64,000 bases of DNA from the human T2T-CHM13v2.0 reference genome, Homo sapiens. A program made the translations under genes and the position numbers. Shown here in pieces: positions 1 through 9,999 of the stretch; positions within the stretch are counted from its first letter, which is position 1, and each line of letters starts with the position of its first letter. The notes below the pieces were generated by a model. The model did not search any database, was not told the DNA's origin, and saw only the letters and a program-made list of their open reading frames with translations. The stretch is taken from assembly GCF_009914755.1 (NCBI RefSeq), contig NC_060930.1; one strand, given 5' to 3'.

Positions 1-324
1 TGCATCCTTATCAACAACTGATTAGTCTTTTTATCTTAGTCACTCTAATGGAGTATTTAGGTAAGTAGAGCATTCCCATCCACCATTCCAGATACTTATT
101 ACAGTGTACTGATTAAAAGCCTGGCTCTGCAGTTACACAGACTTGACTTCAGCATGCTCCTATCTAGTTATATAGGCTGGAAGGAATTATTTAACATCTT
201 AGAGTCTCAGTTTACACATATTTAATGGAGGAACATTTATAATTTATAATTTCTAGAGATGCAGTCAATTCTATGAAAAATAATATTTTATGTCATCATT
301 CTTCTCTCATTTTCTCCTTTCTTG

Positions 325-380
325 TGTGAGTGTGTGTGTGTATGTGTCCTCCTGTCTGTCTGTGTGCATGTGTGTGTGTA
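325..380. repeat. (TG)n-rich microsatellite
   Basis: Interrupted TG dinucleotide runs seen directly. Confidence 0.85.
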
Positions 381-384
381 TATC

Positions 385-741
385 ACATTTCGGTCAATGA
401 TGGACTGCATATACAATAGTGGTCCCATAAGATTATGGTGGAGTTACCCTGTATAGGTGTACTTTTTTTTCATTTGCATTTTACTGTATTTTTATTGTAT
501 TTTTACTGTAGATATTTAGCTATATTTAGATACACAAATACTTACCATTATGTTACAATTGCCGACAGTATTCAGTACAGTAACATGCTGTTATGTGTTG
601 CCTAGGAGCAGTATACATAGTATATAGTAGGTTATACCATGCAGGTTTGTGTAAGTACACTTTATGATGTTCACACAATAATGAAATCACTTAACAACAC
701 ATTTCTCAGAAAGTACCCCTGTCATTAAGCAATACATGGCT
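385..741 (-). mobile_element. Tigger3 (Golem/MER7) non-autonomous DNA transposon
   Basis: Motifs ggtcccataagattat, tagatacacaaatacttaccatt, gtgtaagtacac and the end gtcattaagcaatacatggc match the reverse complement of Tigger3a/b as recalled. Confidence 0.8.
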
Positions 742-1817
742 ATATAAATTATTTTTCCAAAAATTTGAAAAAATATATTATCTTAGCTCCGTATTTTAAA
801 AAAGAGTTAGTTATACACACTGTTCATTTCAGCTTTAATCACAGTTGACTTAAGCCACATTTTAAAATTATAGTCTTGATTGCATCAAATTAAATAAATC
901 TGTATTTTTTCATTGTTCATAGCAGTATTTCTTTTTACTTCTCCCAAAATGCAGTGATTTGTTTTTTAAAAGGTCTGGTCATACAGTGATTAAAAGCTGA
1001 GTTCCTTTGTATTAAAACTTTTTGGCGTGTCGTACTTTCTTATCTCTGAATTATGCCTTCCTGGAAATATCTGAAACAACAGTAATTTATTTTAGATTCA
1101 AAAGAAAATTTTTATAATTATTGTTTCAAAAAAGTGTTATAATTATAAAAACATGAAAACAAAAAAGAAATAAAGCAAAATTTGAAAAATAGCACATTTA
1201 TTCATTAGCATTTCTTTCTTAATAGACTGCAATTAATCAGTTTTTATTCAATTTATGTTCAGGGTTTAAAGAATTATTATACACAACATGAGATGAAAGT
1301 TTATAGCAAAGGCAGGGTACAACACTGACACTGTAAATGTGAGCAGTTCTTAAGAACAGACAGTTCTTGGCAACTACAATTAAACTCACCACTAGGAACA
1401 GCACAAATTCTGACAATTTGCAAATTAATTCTATTCTAAGAAAAAAATAAGTCATAAATAAACACAGATGGTTGATTGCCATCAATGGTTAACTTTCACT
1501 GGTTGTCTCACCTCTTTTCAAGTAACACCAACTTTCAAATTAAGACTACATCATTTTCATACCTTTTTCCTTTTGTCACATGAATTCCATATGTGTTTTT
1601 AAATTCTTCATTTACCTTCAACATGAACAGTTTTATGTAATAATTTTTTATTAATATAGGATATCCAATGAATGCTTATGGAAAGAGCTTTCACTGATTG
1701 ATTGTGTCTTTACTGTCGTCTTAGCTCCACTTCCAGAATTATAGAGCATAGGTTGGTAATGCAAGGTCAGCAAACAAAGAAAATATTTCTCAAATATAAT
1801 CTGATACTACAAAGCCA

Positions 1818-2141
1818 AGTGCTGCACAATGACATTTCAAACAATGATGGGCTGCACATACTGCAGTATTCCCATTGATTATAATACTGTATTTTTGCTG
1901 TAACTTTTCTATGTTTTGGTGTGTTTGGATACACAAATATTTACCATTGTGTTCCAGTTGCTTACAGTATTCAGTTCAGTAACATGCTGTACAGGTTTGT
2001 AGCCTAGGAGCAATAGGCTACAACATATAGCCTAGGCTTGTAGTAGGCTATACCATGTAGGTCTGTGTAAGTACACTCTATGATGTTTGCATAACAATAA
2101 AATTGCCCTCCAAAATCCCTGTTGTTAAGCAATGCACGACT
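1818..2141 (-). mobile_element. Second Tigger3a (MER7A-like) copy
   Basis: gatacacaaatatttaccattgtg, aacatgctgtacaggtttgtagcctaggagcaataggcta; ends gttgttaagcaatgcacgacta. Confidence 0.85.
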
Positions 2142-2291
2142 ATTCTATACTGTTCCTAAGAATCATTCACTTGACCCTCTTTGGGTAAGGTTAATTCACA
2201 CTCACTATCTTCTAAAGTGTTAATTAAATTCTGGACTACAAATATTTGCATGTGAATAGACCTTGAACTGTACAGGGTCCACAAAAAATAC

Positions 2292-2478
2292 CAGGTCTTA
2301 TCAAATCTAAGATATTATCAATTACAAGATGCACTGTTATATGACTAAAGAAGAAAAAAAATTGCAAATTAAGGTATTGCACATTTATTAAGTGTTATTG
2401 ATTACAATATGCATCCAGAGTTAAGAGGTAAAAAAACTTGTAGGAAAATGTTCAGGTTAAAATCAATGAAATACGGTA
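2292..2478. mobile_element. Ancient TcMar-Tigger-like MITE (MamRep434-like)
   Basis: tcaaatctaagatattatcaattacaagatgcac near the left end and aatcaatgaaatacggta at the right end resemble TIR-proximal motifs of this group. Confidence 0.45.
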
Positions 2479-2585
2479 GTTCACATTAAGACTTCTGTGG
2501 AAAATGAGCACATCACAGTGTGAAGTTGAATGAGTTATTTAACTCCTTGTGCCTCACCTGCTTTACCTATAGGATGAATATAATA

Positions 2586-3598
2586 CAGATGGAGTATCCC
2601 TTATCTGAAATGCTTGCAACCAGAAATGTTTTGGATTTCAGATAGTTTTTCCAATAGTAGAATATTTGCATATGCATAATGAGATATCTTGGGAATGGGA
2701 CCAAAACCTAAAAACAACATTTATTTATGTTTCATATACACCTTATAAACATAGACTGAATGCAATTTTTTCAGTCATTTTGTGCACAAAACAAAGTTGG
2801 TGTACACTGAACTATCAGAGAGCAAAGGGATCGCTCAGCTACACAAGAGGACAATCTGTGGTTGTTTGGCATTGCCATCATTCCTGACTCCAAATTTATA
2901 TGCTACTGATAAGCAATAATTTTCTTACACTTATTCATGCATAAGTACTTAATAGTAAAAAATATATTATTAATACAGTGAAAAAATAATGTGTTCAGTC
3001 AACCAAACAGCACAGTATCATCACTAGAATACTTGTATCAGCTGCTAAACAACAGCAACAACAAATAACAGCAGGCTTTCAGTCTCCACCTGCAACACTG
3101 TGTTTTGATTAAAAGGTTGCTGTACACTGTATTTTACTTTTTTAGATGAGAAGAAATATCAGAAGCAGTTGAGGGACCAGGAAGTGGGTTCTCTAGAGAT
3201 GAGGAAGCATTCTGCTGGATGGCTTTTTAATGTATTTTCTCCAGGGTCATCTGCCTCATTAACAACGCTTTTGTCTTAGAGGTCTCTCTTTGATTTTATA
3301 AATGGATGCACTTGTTTTATAAAAGAACATTTTATAAATGTTCTTGTTCTTCTATGAATGCAAAGTGTTCTAGTTCCTCAATAAGCCCATAACACATTTT
3401 TGCTATGTTGTCTATAGGCACTTTTTTCCTTGAGGTCATTTGGTAAACTATGTGTTGTGTGCCAGCATTTTGACTGCAGGCCATCAGAGGAGATTAAGTG
3501 TGGACTTTTCCACTTGTGGTGCCATGTCAGCATTCCAAAAGTTTAGGATTTGGGAGCATTTCAGATTTCAGATTTTCAGCTTAGAGATGATCAGCCTG
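2586..3598 (+). mobile_element. Tigger4 (Zombi) internal-deletion derivative, about 1.0 kb, inserted in a MIR
   Basis: TIRs cagatggagtatcccttatctgaaa ... ttttcagcttagagatgatcagcctg; TA duplication at 2584-2585 and 3599-3600; MIR-like sequence on both sides. Confidence 0.85.
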
Positions 3599-3989
3599 TA
3601 ACTGTTTCTCAGTCAAAGGGATGAAAGGAGCTTGTAAAACTGTTAGTGATGTGCCAGATATATAGTAAGTTGAAAATAATTTTAAGTCATATATTATTGT
3701 TATTATCTTTTTTACATTGAACTCTCACAGCAAAAAAAAAATGGAAACAAATGTAAAATAGAGTAGATACAATTGAGAAATTATGAAATAGACAACAGTT
3801 ATATTAAGAAGTAGGACAAGGCAGACATGTGCAGTAAACCAGAAAGCTTGACAAGAGCTGACAAAAGGTTTCAATTTTACATGGGCAAAGTAGAAATAGA
3901 GTGAGAAATCCTCATGGTAAGAACAGAGTGAGCAAAGGCATTGAGGTGAGAACAGTGTGATACTTAGACTGGGTTCAATAAAAGAACTC

Positions 3990-4170
3990 TAGCTGTAATA
4001 CATGAGAGCTGGATTTTACCCTACACTGTCATCAATAGACGTGAGTCTTTGTAAAAGTAATTCATCCTCTCTTGGCATCATTTTTCTCATCTCTATAATG
4101 CTGCGTCTGTAGAGATGACTTGTCATGACAATAATTTTAATGATCTCTTCTACCCCTAAAATTTTCTATG
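3990..4170 (+). mobile_element. MIR/MIR3 fragment
   Basis: Degenerate core aagtaattcatcctctcttggcatcatttttctcatctctataatg. Confidence 0.55.
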
Positions 4171-4292
4171 TCCATGTATACACATGTATGCCCATAGCGG
4201 GATAAAGGGAAACTTCCCAAGAGAAAGGGTTACATTAAGGAGAAGTAAGAAAGAAGGTGGACTATTATGCCCTAAGATAGTAGATGGTTTTT

Positions 4293-4601
<309 letters not shown>

Positions 4602-4756
4602 GATAGTAGATGGTTTTTAATCAAGATAAAAGGGCAGACATGATGTAGGCTATTCCGTTGATATTTACCATTCCATTGTTCCCAATATTATTAGTGAAAG
4701 TATATAAATCTACACATAAAGATATATATATCCTCACATGTATTCACATATGCTCT

Positions 4757-4831
4757 TAGAGATAGATTAGATAGGTAGATGGATAGATAGATAGATGATA
4801 GGTAGATAGATAGATGACAGGTAGATAGATA
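4757..4831. repeat. (GATA)n tetranucleotide repeat
   Basis: Imperfect gata/tagg tandem array. Confidence 0.9.
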
Positions 4832-5422
4832 AGGCAAATTGTGGAAACTCTTATAACAGAGAATTAATTCTGCGTCTAGCAGAATTTAAAATGGCATCTT
4901 CTTTTTAATCCAATATTTTGCTTGAGTTACTACAACTATACATAAATTTTTAATTTTCAAAGTACAATAAAGAGCAATTAACAATGATAGTCTGCTAAAA
5001 TAATTTATATTTTAATTGATAAATTGGGAGCCAATTTAGGAATTTTCAGGATAATTTTAATAATGTAAATTATTGCTTCCCAAAGTTGTGTGGAACTGCC
5101 ATTTTATGAGCTTGTCAATGAAACTTCCATATACAGATTAGAACATGAAACAACGGAAATTACTATGTCCCTTCCAATATTATATTGATACACATGAAAA
5201 GACATGTTTTTTAATTCAATTATTTAGCTTTCAATAATGATGTTTTAGTACCAAAAAAATTAAATCTAAAGAAGAAATCATACACAATATAGCGTGGGAG
5301 ATGGTGGTAAGTAGAAAACAAAAAAACATGATGCATCTCATTGTAGTGGGACAGCCCTACAGATTGTAAGACATAGAAAAAATTTCTTTTTTTGAGTATA
5401 ACTCTAGTATTTATGAGAATGA

Positions 5423-5423
<1 letters not shown>

Positions 5424-5459
<36 letters not shown>
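5424..5459. repeat. (TG)n microsatellite
   Basis: Perfect run of about 18 TG units. Confidence 0.95.
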
Positions 5460-5460
<1 letters not shown>

Positions 5461-5606
5461 TTTGACAGTTACTTACCAGCCACTATGGACAGAGAAGCAC
5501 ATTATCACACACTGATGGAGACACCTTGAAGAGGTAACTTACTTGGAGATTTTGTTCCTACACTGGCCTGCACAACAAGGCCTATGGTGCTAAGATGATC
5601 CCTTTC

Positions 5607-5956
5607 TGTATGGACTGAACTGGATCACCCCAAAATGCATATGGTGATGCTCTAAGCCTCATTGTGACTGTTTATAGAGATAAGGATTTTAGGAAGTAAT
5701 TAAGGTTAAATAACATCATATGAGATGGGCTCTAATCCAAAGGATTGGAGGCCTTATAAGAAGAGGAAGAGATTTCCCCCCCTACATACACGCTGGGTAT
5801 GCCAGCCAGGAAAAGACCTCTCACCAAAACAAAACCTCGCTGGCACCCTGATCTCAGACTTCCAGCCCCCAGAACTGGAAAAAATACATAAATTTCTGTT
5901 GTTTAGGCCACCCAGTCTGTGATATTTTGTTATGTCAGCCCGAGCAGACTAAGACA
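5607..5956 (+). mobile_element. MLT1A-type MaLR solo LTR
   Basis: TG...CA ends (tgtatggactgaa ... gcagactaagaca); ccttataagaagagg and gacttccagcccccagaactg motifs. Confidence 0.85.
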
Positions 5957-6027
5957 CTCTTCTTCCTCTGAATTTATCTGATACCACAATTTGTCTTCCT
6001 CAGGTTCTCTGGAGCATTGGACTAACT

Positions 6028-6330
6028 CAGCCTTTTTCAGTCTTTTAACTATGGAGGAACACTTAAAATACCTTTTAAGGCTCAGGGAAACCTGCATAAG
6101 TTATTGTATCTGCAACTCATGGTACATTAGCATTAATCATTTGTAGACATAATAATTCACTAATAATTGTCAATGGTCTCTTGAGTTGAGAATGATAGTT
6201 TTCAGTGGATGTTTATTTTGGCCATCTTCCTAGCCTACTCCTTTTGTGTGGCTGCAACTCCCCACAAAGGATTATCGACTTGAATACAAGTCAGTAGTGT
6301 CGGGTATTGGAAACCCGAGTTTTACCTTTT
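6028..6330. mobile_element. hAT-Charlie-like fragment (tentative)
   Basis: Starts cagcctttttcagtcttttaactatggaggaacac, resembling Charlie-family termini; right boundary uncertain. Confidence 0.4.
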
Positions 6331-7618
6331 AAAAATTGTTATCTTGATTTAACTACTTTATCCAAATAGTTCTAAAAGTCACACCACAAATTTCCACTAT
6401 GCAAGATTCTCCAAAGATATAGCCCATGATACATGGTATATACAAAACTAGTTTTTTCTTCCATATTTGAAACTAAGAATTACTATCTAGCCAACTTTCT
6501 AGAAAAAAAATATTAAACATAGTTCACCTTTCTTGAAATAAATCTTTCTTTCCTTTTTGTAAGTTAGGCAAACATAGCAAACTTTTGTTACATAACCAGC
6601 TAAAGGCAAATGGAATATTTTTCTAAAAGTAGGCTCAATAGATTTAATTTAAATAACTGTTCTAAATTGATTTTAGTTAGTGTTATTTACAACATAAAAA
6701 TTTATTAACAATGTTGAATAGTAAAGCTACTAAATCCATAAGTCGAAGAAATAAAAATTAAAATATAGCCTGACACAATTTTATAGACCTACAGATGCAC
6801 AAAAAGTGTGTCTCCTTAATATGAAAATCATGCTATACAAATACTCAATTATTGATTGAGCTTCAGATAGCTACATAAAGATTCCATTTCCAACTGAAAT
6901 AGGAAGATTTCTGTACTTGCTCATCCTCAGGAATTGGCTCATTTGACCATAAAACAAAACCTAGTTATAACTAAAATATAAGTCACCACAAATAAATGAT
7001 AAAAGCATTTAAAAAGTTAAATGATGAAATGGCAAAAATATAAAAGCTTCACAATGCAATTCTCTTTTAAACTACAAAATCCAGATTTTGCAACATTAGC
7101 AATAATAGCTAAGTGTCTGGAAATCAGCAAAGTCACTGCATATAAAATTGTCCTCTTTCAAATGAAGTACCCTTAAATTTTGTTTATTACTGCAGAGGAT
7201 TTTGTTTGCTTTTGAATGTTCATTGGCAGCAAATAAGAGGCAGGTATGGCAGGTGGGAAGAGCTGACATTACTAGCCTCCCTTCCTTCCTTCCATGCAAT
7301 TCAATGCTCATCAATTATAAATAGCCTTCCCCATGTCATATCAAAAGTGGGAAGAGGACTCAATCATTGGAACATGGCCCTACTGTGTACTCACAAATGA
7401 GGCTGATGCACGTTAACAAAGTTAGTAATGGGATGCTTATTAATTAAATGTCTATCACTCTGAGTACTCCCATCACATGGCAATCAAGAACATAAAATTT
7501 AAAAAAAAGCGTGCATTTTTTATTTCCCTTTCAGTCACAATCTCTTGTGGAATTCCAATTGACATTTCCTAGAATCCTAGAGTTCTAGAATCTCTGTTGA
7601 CAAATTCTGCTCTAACTT

Positions 7619-8048
7619 TGTCAGGCCTCTGAGCCCAAGCCAAGCCATGGCATCCCCTGTGACTTGCACGTATACATCCAGATGGCCTGAAGTAACTGAA
7701 GATCCACAAAAGAAGTAAAAATAGCCTTAACTGATGACATTCCACCATTGTGATTGTTCCTGCCCCACCCTAACTGATCAATGTACTTTGTAATCTCCCC
7801 CACCCTTAAGAAGGTTCTTTGTAATTCTCCCCATCCTTGAGAATGTACTTTGTGAGATCCACCCCTGCCCGCAAAACATTGCTCTTAACTTCACCGCCTA
7901 TCCCAAAACCTATAAGAACCAATGATAATCCACCACTCTTTGCTGACTCTCTTTTCAGACTCAGCCCACCTGCACCCAGGTGAAATAAACAGCCATGTTG
8001 CTCACACAAAGCCTGTTTGGTGGTCTCTTCACATGGACGCGCATGAAA
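7619..8048 (+). promoter_or_regulatory. 5' LTR (LTR7B, type II)
   Basis: Starts tgtcaggcctctgagcccaag; type II U3 repeats (tgtactttgtaatctcccccaccc); TATA-like tataa at 7911; aataaa at 7984-7989; KLF-type ccccaccc boxes. Confidence 0.9.
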
Positions 8049-8917
8049 TTTGGTGCCGTGACTCGGATCGGGGGACCTCCCTTGGGAGATCAATCCCCCG
8101 TCCTCCTGCTCTTTGCTCCGTGAGAAAGATCCACTTACAACCTCAGGTCCTCAGACCAACCAGCCCAAGAAACATCTCACCAATTTCAAATCCAGTAAGC
8201 GGCCTCTTTTTACTCTCTTCTCCAACCTCCCTCGCTATCCCTCAACCTCTTTCTCCTTTCAATCTTGGCACCACACTTCAATCTCTCCCTTCTCTTAATT
8301 TCAATTCCTTTCATTTTCTGGTAGAGACAAAGGAGACACGTTTTGTCCGTGGACCCAAAACTCTGGCGCCGTTCACGGACTGGCAAGGCAGCCTTCCCTT
8401 GGTGTTTGATCATTGCAGGGACGCCTCTCTGATTATTCACCCACGTTTCAAAGGTGTCAGACCACGCAGGGACACCTGCCTTGGTCCTTCACCCCTAGTG
8501 GCAAGTCCCGCTTTTCTGGGGGAGGGGCGAGTACCCCCAACCCCTTCTCCTTCACCCTTAGTGGCAAGTCCCGCTTTTCTAGGGGGCAAGAACCCCCAAT
8601 CCCTTATTTCCGCACCCCAACCTCTTATCTCTGTGCCCCAATCCCTTATTTCCACACCCCAACCTCTTATCTCTGTGCCCCAATCCCTTATTTCCGTGCC
8701 CCAACCCTTTCTCTGCTTTTCTGGAGGGCAAGAAGCCCCACCCCTTCTCCATGTCTCTACTCTTTTCTCTGGGCTTGCCTCCTTCACTATGGGCAAGTTT
8801 CCACCCTCCATTTCTCCTTCTTCTCCCTTAGCCTGTGTTCTTAAGAACTTAAAACCTCTTCAACTCTCACCTGACCTAAAATCTAAGTGTCTTATTTTCT
8901 TCTGCAATGCTGCTTGA
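7922..8917 (+). CDS. HERV-H leader/pre-gag ORF, ESRG-like, in frame with the Gag matrix N-terminus (translation unproven)
   Basis: 331-codon ORF; LTLFSDSA..HPGEINS..AHTKPVWWSLH..DAHEIWCRDSDRGTSLGRSIP closely resembles the HERV-H-derived ESRG ORF as recalled; reaches the Gag ATG at 8789 (MGKFPPSISPSSPLACVLKNL) and ends at TGA 8915-8917. Confidence 0.45.
   Translation: MIIHHSLLTLFSDSAHLHPGEINSHVAHTKPVWWSLHMDAHEIWCRDSDRGTSLGRSIPRPPALCSVRKIHLQPQVLRPTSPRNISPISNPVSGLFLLSSPTSLAIPQPLSPFNLGTTLQSLPSLNFNSFHFLVETKETRFVRGPKTLAPFTDWQGSLPLVFDHCRDASLIIHPRFKGVRPRRDTCLGPSPLVASPAFLGEGRVPPTPSPSPLVASPAFLGGKNPQSLISAPQPLISVPQSLISTPQPLISVPQSLISVPQPFLCFSGGQEAPPLLHVSTLFSGLASFTMGKFPPSISPSSPLACVLKNLKPLQLSPDLKSKCLIFFCNAA
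8051..8068 (+). other. Primer-binding site for tRNA-His
   Basis: TGGTGCCGTGACTCGGAT is the reverse complement of the 3' 18 nt of tRNA-His(GUG). Confidence 0.97.
8594..8707 (+). repeat. 21-bp tandem repeat (about 5.5 units) in the HERV-H leader
   Basis: Alternating ccccaatcccttatttccrca and ccccaacctcttatctctgtg units; translates as PQSLISA/PQPLISV repeats. Confidence 0.9.
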
Positions 8918-9976
8918 CCCCAATACAAACTCGACAGTAGTTCCAAATAGCCGGAAAATGGCACTTTCAATTTTTCCATCCTACAAGATCTAAATAATTC
9001 TTGTCGTAAAATGGGCAAATGGTCTGTGGTGCCTGACATCTAGGCATTCTTTTACACATCAGTCCCTTCCTAGTCTCTGTGCCCAATGCAACTCATCCCA
9101 AATCTTCCTTCTTTCCCTCCTGCCTGTCCCCTCAGTCCCAACCCCAAGCATCGCTGAGTCTTTCTAATCTTCCTTTTCTACAGACCCATCTGACCTCTCC
9201 CCTCCTCGCCAGGCCAAGCTAGGTCCCAATTCTTCCTTAGCCTCTGCTCCTCCACCCTATAATCTTTTTATCGCCTCCCCTCCTCACACCTGGTCCAGCT
9301 TACAGTTTCGTTCCGTGATTAGCCCTCCCCCACCTGCCCAGCAATTTACTCTTAAAAAGGTGGCTGGAGCTAAAGGCATAGTCAAGGTTAATGCTCCTTT
9401 TTCTTTATCCCAAATCAGATAGCGTTTAGGCTCTTTTTCATCAAATATAAAAATCCAGCCCAGTTCATGTCTTGTTTGGCAGCAACCCTGAGACGCTTTA
9501 CAGCCCTAGACCCTAAAAGGTCAAAAGGCCGTCTTATTCTCAAAATACATTTTATTACCCAATCTGCTCCCGACATTAAATAAAACTCCAAAAATTAAAT
9601 TCCGGCCCTCAAACCCCACAACAGGATTTAATTAACCTCGCCTTCAAGGTGTACAATAATAAAAAATAAGTTGCAATTCCTTGCCTCCACTGTGAGACAA
9701 ACCCCAGCCACATCTCCAGCACACAAGAACTTCCAAACGCCTGAACTGCAGCAGCCAGGCGTTCCTCCAGAACCTCCTCCCCCAGGAGCTTGCTACAAGT
9801 GCCAGAAATCTGACCACCAGGCCAAGGAATGCCTGCAGCCCAGGATTCCTCCTAAGCCATGTCCCATCTGTGCGGGACCCCACTGGAAATCGGACTGTTC
9901 AACTCACCTGGCAGCCACTCCCAGAGCCCCTGGAACTCTGGCCCAATGCTCTCTGACTGACTCCTTCTTGGCTTAG
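8789..9976 (+). pseudogene. gag: HERV-H gag remnant
   Basis: Matrix start at 8789; multiple stops; nucleocapsid knuckles CYKCQKSDHQAKEC and CPICAGPHWKSDC in ORF 9671-9976. Confidence 0.9.
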
Positions 9977-9999
9977 TGGCTGAAGACTGACGCTGCCTG

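Noticed and set aside
8594-8707. Regular short repeats resembling a CRISPR array
   Set aside because: Head-to-tail 21-bp units without unique spacers, inside a eukaryotic retrovirus leader; no cas genes.
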